Below, piece by piece: positions 24,229 through 36,870 of a stretch of 64,000 bases of DNA (its first letter is position 1; each line of letters opens with the position of its first letter). Source of the stretch: Squalus acanthias (Eukaryota). A model generated the notes under the pieces. The model made no database searches and was not told the DNA's origin. It saw only the letters and a list, made by a program, of their open reading frames with translations. The position numbers were made by a program, and so were the translations under genes. The DNA lies in contig CM059429.1 in NCBI GenBank assembly GCA_030390025.1, positions 123,070,001 to 123,134,000 on the forward strand. Direction: 5' to 3'.

Positions 24229-25957
24229 TATTTGATATAGATCTTGAAACCAGGAGCTGGCCTTGACGACAGCTGAAGATCATTCAACCAGAGCAGATAC
24301 GTGTGAAACCTGCATACTGGGAGTGCAAAGCACCAATTTTGACAGTTATTCAACTTTGTGAAAATCAAAAGAAAAGGAAAACTTAGCACTTATGGAACTT
24401 CTGACCTACAAAACTACTTATAAGAATCTAGAAAACAACAATTGCTGAAAATGAACCTTTTACTGTTCACTTGGGCAAATTGAGACTATTGCTGAGGTTG
24501 AGAGAGAAAGAGCTAAAGGTGTGGCTTAGAAAGAAGTCTTGTATACAACAGAACAGGCATGACTCTCTGATGAAAATGATTGAACAAAGACGCAAAACTC
24601 TTAAAAGGGACAATTTAATCCCTTCTGTGTGGAGCTTGAATGAAAGGACATCCTTAAATGGTTTAAAAAATAATGATTCATGATTTAGAGAAACAAATTG
24701 TATTAATTCTAATTGTGGGAACTGCAGGACAAATTCAGGATCAATTAACACAATTGTTTCTTCAAAATTATAACACTTGGAACCAGGTACCTGAAAAAGT
24801 AATATCTGAACAAAATTACCACATCTAGTACTGATCTGCAATAAACCTCTAATTAGGTTACTAATGGAAAGCTTGTTGCTTCCAATATATTTCAAAGTCT
24901 ACAGTAAAATCAATGTTTAGTCAACATGACAAGCTGTTCTATGAATATATGCTGTGTGCTCTATTAGACCTCAAACTTTCAATGACGCTCTATAATTCCT
25001 TCTGAAGTCGCAATGTCATTTTAAAAAAAAGGCAACATCCAACCTTTGAGGTAGATTTTAATTTCAAATTTTAATTCATACTTTATACTGTTAAAAACAA
25101 TCAAAACTGTAATAATCTATTGATTTGAAACATGCTCGGCAGTCAATAATCCATTATGACTAAATGGACTCAAAGGGTACACTACTGTAGCTGCTTAAAA
25201 GTCTTCCATGATTTTTCTCTATCTACTTAATAAAACAACAAGTTTACAGATAACGTTGTTTAATTGTAGTCTATTAGTGAGGTCTTCTACTGCAATATTA
25301 CTGACTCCAATTTCTGACTTTCAAGCATATGTTCATTGTGTGTTAATTCTACCACTATGCAAATTTCAAATATATTTGGATTGATTTTCCAAATGTGGGC
25401 GAGGCTCCCTGCTGGTAACATGCATTTGTGAAATTGGTACCTTTGCACATTATACCATGAGTCACTTAAATCCAGACAAAAAACCAACAGAATTACAATG
25501 ACTATTACTACTTGAATATTTGATATATATATATATTTTAAGGCTATCCCTACCATCTCAAATTGATCAGCAGCTTGCCTATAGAGGCATATAATGTTAC
25601 GGCACAGAAATCTGCGCTGCGGTTTCCCCCCGCCCCCCAAATAAGCTTAGATGAATCCTACTCCCCTGCTTGCTCCCCATACCTTTTTAATATTTCTCTT
25701 TTTTTCAAGCAACTATCTAATTCCCTTTAAGAGTTTATGGACTCTGTTTCAACAACAGTGTGTGGCAGAGAATTCCAGATTCTAACCATCCTTTGTGTAA
25801 AGAAAGCTTTTTCTTTGTAGCAAATTGAGAAAATGATACAAAATGTTAGTTGTTTACAATCTTTCAGATAAAAGGATTTGTGGAGCCCAAGAGCAAGAAC
25901 CAACCATTTATGAATGCAAGACATACAGATTTACAAATGGAAAAACTTTCAATAAAT

Positions 25958-25963
25958 TTTATT
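25958..25963 (-). terminator. probable POLA1 polyadenylation signal
   Basis: AATAAA on the minus strand about 810 nt after the stop, followed on that strand by a GT/T-rich tract. Confidence 0.5.
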
Positions 25964-26775
25964 GGAATATTTTAAAGAGATAATGGTCATTTATTTAAAC
26001 ATTAATCACGTGTCACAAACAGTTTCAGAAACAATGCAGAGTTGATCTTATTCAAAACATGGTAACATTGTATGTGTAAAAAGCTTTCTTACATAAAAAA
26101 ATTATGGATATCATCTGTTTCTAAAAAGATAGGAAGAAGGCTGTATAGAAATTTTGAACAGAGTACTGAAGTTTGAAGTAACTCGGCCAGATATTGCTGT
26201 ACTTGCTTCATTCATTGTCAGCTGCCTATTTAAAAACTGGTTGTGTTTGCCTGTTAGTTCTCCAATCCAAAGTACTTCAGTCACTTCAATAGATTGTTCA
26301 GATCTTGGTAAATGAGACCTGTTGTTCCACTCTCCAGTAAGTGTACTCCACAGTGATCCCAACCATTCTCATTGCCTAGTCCTCTGGCTCCACAGATCAC
26401 TCTGAAAAACTACCATCAATCCCAACACTCCCTCCCCAGCCAGCTTTTAATAAACGGCTTTCATCTCTTTATAGGTTTAATTGGTGTTTTGATAGAAAAG
26501 TAGACGAAGGATGACAACGCAAACATTAACGAGTCCATGTAACGACACCGTTGAGCCCTTTTAAAATATCTTTGTTCTAACTTCCTCCACCAAGTAGCCT
26601 GGGTCAAATTCCAAGACTACTCACATCATCATGCATCACATTTAAAGAGTGATCTCCCTACAGACAGCTTCACAAATCCCAAAAAGCATTAATTGTAACG
26701 TTTTTGTTATCGTTCTGCCATCCACACAATAGTCCATCGAGCCTCAAAGAAGAGTGAGCGGTGTCAGGGTCTCCT

Positions 26776-26930
26776 TCATTTATTGATTGTACTGAATGCC
26801 TGGAAGAGTCTGCTGAGGTTCACCTCAGAGTAGCTGCTGGAAGCCAGTGCGTCGTCTGCAACTCCCTTTAGGCTCTTAAACACAAAACAGTAATCCTGAG
26901 CTTTAACACCAAAGCATCTCTTCACGAATT
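26776..26930 (-). CDS. POLA1: POLA1 last coding exon (DNA polymerase alpha catalytic subunit C-terminus)
   Basis: minus-strand acceptor tttctctttctttttccag|; open frame FVKRCFGVKAQDYCFVFKSLKGVADDALASSSYSEVNLSRLFQAFSTINK-TGA contains the conserved SxYSEVNLSxLF terminus; convergent with ARX as in other vertebrates. Confidence 0.92.
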
Positions 26931-27195
26931 CTGGAAAAAGAAAGAGAAATTATATCCAGGAATAAATTTCAATAGAGTAGCTGCTTTTCAGATTTCAAGC
27001 TCTACAAAACAGTTAATCAACTCAAAAGGTTTTTCATTCCATGTTTGCTGAAGTTCTCTCAATGTCCACCCACCTTTTAAAACAAAACTCCACACGAGTT
27101 TGCTACCTACCACCAGACAGAAAAAAAATGCTGGTCCAATCCATTGAAACACATGGAGGCAAGAAACAAAATAAAATAAGCTGTTTGAAAACTAT

Positions 27196-27973
27196 GGGCC
27201 GGAATTTGCAGTGGGTAATGACGACGAATGAACAGCATTCGCTGTTATTACCTCTGAAACTGACCGCAACTTCCAGATGTAGCGCATGCGCACCCCAACG
27301 TGGAAATCCTGAAGTTGTAGTCAGTCATTCACTGCTCAGACACTGGCTGCGCTGTGGGCGCCTCCCCCGCCCTGGCAATCAGTATAATCAGGGAAATCAG
27401 TGAAACTGTCGAAAACTTTGGCTTTTCCGCGGTAATATCGCTGTTAAATATCCCATTAAAAGTTAAAACCCAAATTACACCTAATCCAAAAGGGTCTAAC
27501 AGCGTATTGACTGCTAAACAAACATTATGGCCCTGAAAAACTAATGATAATTTTGTGGAGTGTCAAATTTATCCATTTTAATAAAAATTACAATTAAGAA
27601 ATTTTAAAATTTTAAAAACTTTTTTTTAAATAAACGTTTGATCATCTTTATTTCAGGTTACTTTTTCCTCATGTGAGAGCCCCAATCAATCTCTGTTTTG
27701 CTCTCTATACCATTTTTAAAAGTTAGAATAAAAGGAATTCTTTCATTTCCTGGTTTCCGGGCTGTGAGAATTCTGCATTGTGATTGGTTGCTTAGACAGC
27801 TTGTTGACATCACAGCAGCTCGCGTTAGGGATTCCCCATTAACTTACACTGATTTCAACTGAACATCAGAAAAGCTGACCTTCTCGCCAGAGATCACAAG
27901 ATCTTTGTGGGAAGTTTACTTCGAGGCTAGCGGCGAACACCTTTGCTTCGCCGCTGACCGCAAATTAGTGTCC
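27196..27973. mobile_element. MITE-like non-autonomous DNA transposon
   Basis: ends GGGCCGGAATTTGC / GCAAATTAGTGTCC; GC-rich arms, AT-rich core; a related end fragment lies at 36073-36140. Confidence 0.6.
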
Positions 27974-28229
27974 ATTATATCTAAACTGTAAATTTGCATA
28001 ATGTGTTGGTCAGATCCATGCGGAGTACGGCATACATTTCTGGTCACCTAACTATAGCAAGGATATTATTCGCCTTAATATGATACAGAGCTGAGCAACA
28101 AAGATGTTTCCAGGTATCAGGAATTTTAGTTAAGCAAAGGATTTAAGCTGAGCATGGGTAAAGGATTTTTTTTTCTTTTGGAAACCCGAGGTTATTTTAA
28201 GATTATGAAGGGAATTGAGAAAATTGATC

Positions 28230-29040
28230 CAACAAACAACAACAACTTGTATTCATATAGCGCCTTTAACGCAGTAAAACATTCTAATGCGCTTCATAGG
28301 AGTGTTATGAAACAAATTTGACGCCAAGCCACATAAGGATATATTTGGACAGATGTAGGTTTTAAGGAGTGTCTTAAAAGGAGGAAAGAGAGGCAGAGAG
28401 GTTTAGGGAGGGAATTCCAGAGCTTAGGGCCTTGGCAGCTGAAGGCATGGCCGCCAATGGTGGTGCGATTAAAATCGGGGATTCTCAAGAGGCCAGAATT
28501 GGAGGAGTGCAGATATCTGAGAGTGTTGTAGGGCTGGAGGAGATTAGAGAGATAGGGAAGGGCGAGGCCCTGGAGGGATTTGAAAAAAAGAAGCATTTTA
28601 AAATTGAGGCATTGCTTAACTGGGAGCCAATGTAGGTCAGTGAGCACAGGGGTAATGGTTGAACAGAATTTGGTGCAAGTTAGGGCACGAGCAGCAGTTT
28701 TGGATTACCTTAATGTATGGAGGGTAGAACGTTGGAGGCTGGCCAGGAGTGCTTTGGAATAGTCAAGCCTAGAGGTAAAAAGGGCATGGATGAGGGATAC
28801 AGCAGCAGATGAGCTGAGGTGGGGCAGAGTCGGTGATATCATGGAGGTGGAAATAGGTGGTCTTAGTAATAGCGCAGATATGAGGTTGGAAGCTCATCTC
28901 GGGTTCAAATATGACACCAAGGTTGCGAACAGTCTGGTTCAGGCTCGGACAGTTGCCAGGGAGAGGGATGGAGTAGGTGGCTAGGGAACAGAGTTTGTGG
29001 TGGGGACTGAAGGCAATGGCTTCAGTCTTTCCAATATTCC
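28230..29040 (-). mobile_element. L2 LINE 3' fragment inserted into an older CR1 remnant
   Basis: LTDLHWLPVKQCLNFKML...GGHAFSCQGPKLWNSLP (L2 ORF2 end) with (AAC)n tail; CR1-like sequence on both sides (28000-28230, 29040-29300). Confidence 0.85.
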
Positions 29041-31381
29041 CAGCAGACTAAAGTTAATAATTAGGAAGTTAGAAGGAGGGAAAGCAGGAGATTTTTATTC
29101 ATCAAAATGGTAATAGAGTTGCATAATACATGACCAGGAATGGCCAGAGAAGTAGACAGTATAAATGGATATAATGGACAATTGGAAAAGGTTCTGGACA
29201 AAGAAGGGATTGAGTGATATGGTGAGAAGGTGGCTAAAATGGTGTTGATTTATGAAAAAAGGACAGACTGGTTTGAGTCTCGTGGCCTTTCCTTGTTCAT
29301 ATTTACGTTGAACTGAAATGGTTAAACTTTATTTCAGATATATTTCTGAATTTATACTTGTAAAGATTAGTCCACTTGGCATTTAAAATGCTTGCTTTTT
29401 TGTCAGAATATGAAAAGTGTAAATTTTAATATTAAATGTATGTGCTGTGGAATTCCAATTACAGTACACCCACAATATAAAACAGAAAAGTGACAGGCCT
29501 GTATATTCAACATTCGCTCTTGTAATACCACAAAAGATTTCTACTGTGCAAGTCCCTCTAAACTGCAAAAGTACAATTTCAACTCTGCAAAACATGATTT
29601 ATGACGACTTATATCGATTATAGCATTAATGGAACATCCTGTGCCCGCTATGTTTTACCAATTTATACACATACTTGGTTCTATTGCAGTACAGACCCTT
29701 AGATTTGTAGCTCAAATGAATCTGATAAGAAATGATTTGTTAATACTTATTTTCTTCAACACAGAAACCTTACTAATGGACTCGTCAAATCTCAGCAAGA
29801 GAATAAAGTTCGTTTAAAACTGTAGATAAAGCAGAAATCATTTGAGAAATTAGAAAATGAAACCGGGTGGAATGAACTCCCCTATATGTTAACTTGCCCT
29901 TTTGATGGGATATTGACTTTTCCCACCAGGCTAGTTGGGTAAGGGAGTATTTGGTCACTGACAGAGAACAGTATTGCTGATGACAAGCAGCACTTCTTGC
30001 TTTTCCTTGTAAGATTATTTTAATCCAATAGACAATACATTACACAACCATTAGTATTGGAGCATTGGAAAGATCTTGGTGCCTTTTACAAATATGTACT
30101 CCCTTTCCTGTATATATCATTGTGCTAGGATCTCACACCAGAAATGGCTTATTACTTCAGTTTACAGGAGAAATTTTAGTGTAGGTTAAGCTGGGGGGGG
30201 GGGGGGGGGTGGAGAGAAGAGAGAAGGGAAATCTTAATCAAAAGATTTCAAAATCCCAACATCTGGATTTACTCAATACTAAATATCCTAAATTGTCTAA
30301 ATCAACAGAAAGTAGGATTTGCACAATTAATAGAGGACCTCTGGACAGTCCACCTGTTAATAATCCACTTTAAAAAATAAAACTGCAAAATCCCCAAAGT
30401 CATGAGCAATATTCCAAGTCATGTCTCTCACATAACATTGGTAACTGTTGCATAATCAAGTTGATTTATACAGCAATTTTCAAGTTACTGAAGAAACTGG
30501 CAAAGGCTGCAACTCTCCAGTGTTTTCTGGCAATACACGAGAAAAAAATCATGGTATTAAAAACTACAACTAGCAAGAAAAAAATTAAATCCAACTAGTC
30601 TTCAGTACTGCACTGAAGAATTAATTTGATTAAATATATTGGTCATGACAGAGTTCTCTCTAACCACAGACTTGTAAGTAGTCTGTTTGAGGTTACTCGG
30701 CATCTAAAATATCTTGACTAGTATTCCTCACTTGTAACTGCAATAAAGTTTTCTTTTCAGTGTTTTTATTTTCCAAGTTTTTTTTAATATATAATATATG
30801 GCAGTTTTGGATTTTTGCTGGAAGTTATTTAGGCTAGAAGCTCAGGCATCAGAGGAGATACGGAAAGAAGCAAGACTAAACTAAATGATATCAGAATAAG
30901 GAGGAAGGGTCAAACTTAAGTTGGCTGGGCCCAACAGAACGGTTAAGACAACTCAAATATCAAACCACACAGCAATGAATGATTCATTTGCCAAGCACAC
31001 TACCAATCCTCACTATGACCATTAATGGAATACACCATCGGTTTCAGTTCAACTTAATTGGGGACCAGGTCATGTTGGTAGAATTAGATAAATGGAATAA
31101 TTTATGAAGTCCTAAACCATTAGCACATTTTTAATAATATTTAATCTTGGTTAAAATAAACTTGATGAGGGAGTGGAATCTCACATTCAGGAAAAGCTAG
31201 TTTCAACCTTGAATCAAGCCATCTCCTTTCTGTGAAGTAAGCCTTCAAGTGGCATTAATAAGCCAGATTGGCTGGTCAATCATTAACAGTGCCCAGAAGT
31301 ACTGCAGACCTGCAGGTATCCAATTACAATCGAAGTCTACAATTGAAGATCGCCCTCTGATCTATAGCATTCTATGCTTAG

Positions 31382-31707
31382 ACTTTCGGATGAGATGTTA
31401 GACCGAGGCCCCATCTGCCTTCTCAGGTGGACATAAAAGATCCCACGGCACTATTTGAAGAGGAGCTGGGGAGTTTTCCCCCGGTGTCCTGGCCAATATT
31501 TATCCCTCAACCAATATCATTAAAACATTTTTATCTGGTCATCATCGCATTGCTGTCTGTGGGGCCTTGCTGTGCGCAAATTGGCTGCCACGTTTTCTTA
31601 CATTACAACAGTGACTATACTTCATAAAAAGTACTTCATTGGCTGTACAGCGCTTTGAGACGTCCTGAGGTCATGAAAGGCGCTATATAAATACAAGGTC
31701 TTTCTTT
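31382..31707 (+). mobile_element. 5'-truncated Deu-domain SINE
   Basis: strong similarity to the body and tail of 55551-55987. Confidence 0.85.
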
Positions 31708-32344
31708 AGACTGATTTCTGCTGAATATAAATAAGTCGAGCAATGTGAATCACTCTTCAAGGAAAATCCCTACATGACAGGTGTAGGCTTATACTGGAAC
31801 ATTCTTGTAGCAGTCATATGCTAGCAAAAGTGAATTGTTTCTGAAGTTGCTTTGGAGTTAAAGAACTGATTCATCCAGGCACCGACAAAACCCAGTCCGA
31901 GTTTGTTGGGATTCATTTGCATGGTGATGGCATGACATCACAATGCAGGCGCACAAAACAGTTATGTTAATTTTGGAAGCAATAGAAATATGTTTAACAT
32001 TATTATCTCCTTGAGGGACAATCAAACTGCGTAACAATTTCAGGTATGATTAGTTTTTTTTTTTAAATCCCTAACCCTGCTCAACATTGGCCTTGGGACC
32101 TGAATTGCTGAATACCATGTTCACACTAAGGTCTGCGATGTGCATTTTGGGTCTCAAACTATCAGGTGTTAGGGGTTTAACTTTTGGGTCAGCAAATGTT
32201 GATGGTCATTGATCCTGTTTATATACCATCTTTAGCAACATGGCAAAGCAGGAACTCCTTCACTGTGATGCTAAAGATGGTGTGGGAATGCACAATCTTT
32301 TGTTTTCCATTATATAAATGATTTGGACATGAGCACAAACTGTG

Positions 32345-33130
32345 AAGAAGAATGCAAGAGATTGCAGGAAGACGGTTAGGTTTAATGACTGGGCCGACAG
32401 GCGGCAGATGCAGATCAATGCCGAGAAATGTGAGGTAGTGCATTTTAGGAAAAAGAACAGCGAACAAAAGTGTACCATAAACAGCAAGACTCTTAAGAGT
32501 GGGGGAAACAGAGAGATCCAGAGATCTTTAAAAGGTGTGGGTACAGGTAGAAAGGGTCATTAAAAAGACAAATGGAATTCACAGTTTTATCTTCAAGTAC
32601 ACTGAATTTATATAAATCATTGGTTAGGCCACAGCTGGAATGTTTTGTGCAGTTCTCAGTACCCCATTATAGGAAGCACATTAGGATCACGAGTAGGGTA
32701 CAGTAATGAGAGGTTAGTTATTAATAAAGCACACAAATTGGGCTTTTTTGCTGGGGCAGAGAAGTTAAAGGGGGAAATTTAATAGTTTTTTTTAAATTAT
32801 GAATGGTTTTGCGAGGGAAAATAATGAAAGATTGTTTGCACTGGTTGTTGAATTGGTGACAAGGGGGCACAAATTGAGGATCATTAAAAAAACAAAAAGG
32901 GGAAGTTCGAAGTTTTTTTTCCCCCAGACAGAGGTTTATTAGAACATGTAATGCTTTACTACAAGTGGCTATTGAAGCAGAGACTACAACGTAATTCGAC
33001 AGGGGATTGGATAAATTCTTTGAAAAGGAAGAGTATTAAAGTAGAAAGGGCAGGGAAATAAGATTAGATGATAGCTCCAGTTCCAGAAACAGCACAGATA
33101 CAATGGGCCTCCTCTGCTTTACATTCTATG
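32345..33130 (+). mobile_element. CR1 LINE 3' end
   Basis: WADRRQMQINAEKCEVVHFRKKN, VRPQLECFVQF and a CR1-like 3' tail. Confidence 0.8.
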
Positions 33131-33249
33131 ACCAGTTAGGGTTCGGTACAGGAGTTAAACCATTAATATTCTGTAGGTGGTGCTATTGAGGCCAACAGCA
33201 TGGCTACATTGGTTCAAGAGGCAACAGTGATTGTGTATTCTGGCTCATG

Positions 33250-33970
33250 GTATTATATTATTGGAACTTTCAGATCAATTTTTTAAGAAAATCAAAACAC
33301 TTTTTATTTGACCAATAAGCTATAATCTTCCACTTGTTCATCAGCAAGTATTACAATCATATAAAATTGTAAGCACATCAGTAAGCCACTGTCCCAGCGA
33401 AGTGATTCCAGTGTTGCTGCCCATGAAAGGATTTTTAGCTGGAGCTACCAATCAATAGAAAAATATATTCTACCACATGGTAGATTCTAGCCACTGAACC
33501 TCAAAACTACAGCCTGCGTATAGTTATTAAACTGTGCACCAGTTACTCTGGATTTATGGCATAGCTGTCTTATTCTGGTAATCTTAATTACCTTGCACGA
33601 AGCAGAAATATCACTGCAGGTAATGTAATGAACACTTCAATCACTAGTCAAGTAATATTCCTATTGAGTTAGCAGGATAAAGAAAATGCGAAACGTTGAG
33701 TGCATATTTTGCAAAGCAACTTGAACTTTCTAAAATTGTTCTTCCATCTACTGTAAACAGATGTCAGTTAATAACTTCTCTACCAAAATGCAGCTGAACA
33801 CAGAGTACAGAACTGTAAAAGCCTGTTTGTACTATAATCTACTTGTCACAATCAGGATAAAATATGCAAAAATAGAAGTGAATGAAGGATAGCCTACCTT
33901 CCCTTCAATAACGCAATGGAAGCCTGTACCGTCTCGAGAAAGCTTTCCAAAGTTATCTGATTGCTAAGCT
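33250..33970. promoter_or_regulatory. candidate ARX enhancer in POLA1 last intron
   Basis: repeat-free block about 6.5 kb from the last exon; TAATCTTAATTA, TTTATGGC and E-box motifs; inferred from synteny. Confidence 0.4.
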
Positions 33971-34479
33971 ATATATTTATTTCTTAGAACTAATAAATCA
34001 AAGAGAAAAAAAGAGTCCAATGATTAATGTACTTTTGGACTGTCAAGACCACTGAGGCTGTACCATTTTGATAATCAGAATCTGACAAACGCTTGTTTTT
34101 AACATGAAAAACTGAATTTTATTGCTGAGAGAACTGCATTTTTTACATCGGTAAACAGTCCCTATTTCCACACATTTTGAGATCGGAAAAGACATTCACT
34201 GCCACGAGCAAGATCTCTGCAATGGTAAGGCAGCCAAATGAGCACAACCTTTTTTGATTTGCTAGTACTTAGCTACTGGCTAGTGTAAAATTACCCCATT
34301 ACCTTTATTGTAATGGCCAATGTCGGAAAACAACAGGGGTACAATGGGGTTAAGGTTAAAATGTTTAACATTTAATATCACTTATACAGCAACTTAAAGA
34401 ATACTCACTTTAAACTATATAAAAGGACAAACTTTCATTTTTGTAATCTACACGCATTTAACTATACTGATCTGAGTGC

Positions 34480-34833
34480 ACAAACTAGGCTGACACTACA
34501 GTGCAGTACTCAGGAAGTGCTGCACTGTCAGAGGTATCATCTTTTGGATTAGACATTAAACTGAGGCTTCATTTGCCTGCTTATATACAATGCCGTGGAA
34601 CTTGGGAGTTCTCCCAGTGTCCTGGCCAACATGCCTTCCTCAACCATCACCAACAAAAACAGATCACCTGGTCACTCATTCATGCCGTTGTTCTTTGTGG
34701 CACCTTGGATATATCTGTTGCTATATCTGCTAATATAACAGTGACTGCACTTCAAAAATAATCCATTAGTTGTTAAATGCTTTAGGAAGTCCTGAAGATG
34801 TGAAAGGTGCTACATAAATGCAAGTTTTTTCTT
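34480..34833 (+). mobile_element. degenerate Deu-domain SINE
   Basis: CTAGGCTGACACT.CAGTGCAGTACT...GTGCTGCACTGTC and tail GAAAGGTGCTACATAAATGCAAG. Confidence 0.7.
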
Positions 34834-34999
34834 TAGATCCAGGGTCTGTTGTAGCGCGCAACCTGGTTGTTATAGACAGGACCTGAATTTAACCATAGAA
34901 GAGTTCAATTAGGTTCAACAATTGGTTTGTAGCTGCAGCGTTGGATAGGGAAATTATTAAGGCCGTCTATGAAGTGCCCCCAAATTCTGGTGCACAAGA

Positions 35000-35410
35000 C
35001 TTAGGAACAGGAGTAGGCCATTTAGCCCCTTGAGCCTGTTCCGCCATTCAATTAGATCACAGCTTATCTGTTTCCCAACTCCATCCACCCGCCCTGGTTC
35101 TGTAACCCATAATACTCTTACCTAACAAAAATCTAGCAATCTCAGTTTTGAAATTGTCAACTAACCTCGCCTCAACAGCTTTTTGGGGGAAGAGTGTTCC
35201 AGATTTCCACTCCCCTTTGTGTGAAGAAGTGCTTCCTGACTTCACCCCTGAATAGCGAAGGTCTCATTTTAAGGTTATGCCCCTTGTTCTGGACTTCCCC
35301 ACCATAAGAAATAGTTTCTCTCTATCTACCCTATCAACTCCTTTGATCATCTTCAACACCTCAATTACACCACCCCTAAATTTTTCGATATTCAAGGGAA
35401 TACAAGCCTA
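35000..35410 (-). mobile_element. CR1 LINE 3' end
   Basis: AGGAGTAGGCCATTTAGCCC tail and QKAVEARLVDNFKTEIARFLLGK. Confidence 0.8.
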
Positions 35411-35489
35411 TGTACTCAAAGATTGATCAATGTGTCAACTTGGATCACACCTATAGCCACCACATCCCTTTGAATTATATCTCTGGAAT

Positions 35490-35980
35490 CTTGCACACAA
35501 GAAAAACTTGTTTTACTGAAGAGCAATTATACGGTTTTATAGTATATGGTTCAATTAGTGAGGGAGACGCCTGCCAAAGGACATGCCATATTAGTGTGTT
35601 ATAGCAGTTACTTTTCTGATCCACCCATCACAATCACAATTCTAGTGAACAGTTTTACATTTATGTTCAACAATATTGCACAAAAGTTATCTTGCACAGA
35701 TGGGATACAGAATTTATCCCACACATCATATTACAGAAATATTTTCCTTGCAGCCAACAACAGTTATGAAAAATAACCGAAATAACTTTGTTCATGTTCA
35801 CTACCAATGACTTCAAGCTGTAACCATAGCAATTGTGCCCGTTTAATGGAATCACAAATAAAGTATGCTTGCGCTACAAAGCTATCACGATGTAATCAGC
35901 ACCCAAAACCCAGGCTTTCAGAATCTGCCAGTGTCTTCTTGCTTGTCATGACACTACTTAAAAGCATTTAGCTCAAGACC
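35490..35980. promoter_or_regulatory. candidate conserved enhancer in POLA1 last intron
   Basis: unique block between two CR1 fragments; CAATTA twice, TAATC and TAATGG homeodomain sites. Confidence 0.4.
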
Positions 35981-36149
35981 TCGTCTCCATCATATTGGAT
36001 CAAAATTAAGTTTATTTAAAAGTTTTAATGTTTAATTCTTGCGAATTGTGTACTTTTCATGAACAAAAATATTGGCCGGGATTTTGCGGTCAGCGGGGAA
36101 AGAACGGCGCTCGCCGTTTATTACGCTTACAGCTGCCCACAGACCACCT

Positions 36150-36665
36150 TTGCTTTAAGGAGAACAATCCCAACTTCTCCAGTCTCACCATCAAAGATTT
36201 GTGTACATACACCCCTCTTCCTGCACCCGCTTTAAAATTGTACCATTTAGTTTATATTGCCTCTCCTCATTCTTCCTATCAAAATGAACCACTTCACACT
36301 TCCGTGTGTTAAATTTCATCTGCCATGTGTCTGCCCATTTCACCAGTCTGTCGATGTTTTCCTGAAGTCTGTTACAATCCTCCTCACTGTTTACTAAATT
36401 TCTGAGTTTTGTGTCATCTACAAACTTTGAAATTATATTCTATATACCCAATCCCAGGTCGTTAATGTACATCAAAAAGAGCAGTGGTCCTAATACCGAC
36501 CCCTGGGAGTTACCACTGCTCCCTCCAGTCTGAAAAACAACCGTTCACCACTACTCTCTGCTTTCTGTCCCTTAACCAATTTCATATCCTCGCAGCCCCT
36601 TTAATCCCATGGGCTTCAATTTTGCTAACATGTTTATGATGTGGTAATTTATCAAATGCCTTTTG
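36150..36665 (-). mobile_element. CR1 LINE RT fragment
   Basis: reverse strand reads PRGRY/GPLLFLMYINDL..SKFVDDTKL..ADTWQMKFN, typical of CR1 RT. Confidence 0.8.
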
Positions 36666-36684
36666 ACACCAGTCTTTCAATTTT

Positions 36685-36870
36685 GGGAGCTGGGTTCATA
36701 CCCAGCCTGAACCGATAGGATTAACGTCTCCTCCGTCTGTAAGGGGCCCTATGTAAAAATGAGTTTTGGCAGTCTTGATGCAGTTCCTAGAGGGCTTCAG
36801 CCTACAGCACAAATGACCTGCTAATTTGGCTTTAGTCGACAATGCCATTCAGACAGGCCTAAGGATTGTT
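36685..36870 (+). mobile_element. LF-SINE-like fragment
   Basis: GGGTTCATACCCAGCC...GGCCCTATGTAAAAATGAGTT..GGCAGTCT...CAGTTCCTAG resembles my recollection of the LF-SINE body. Confidence 0.5.
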
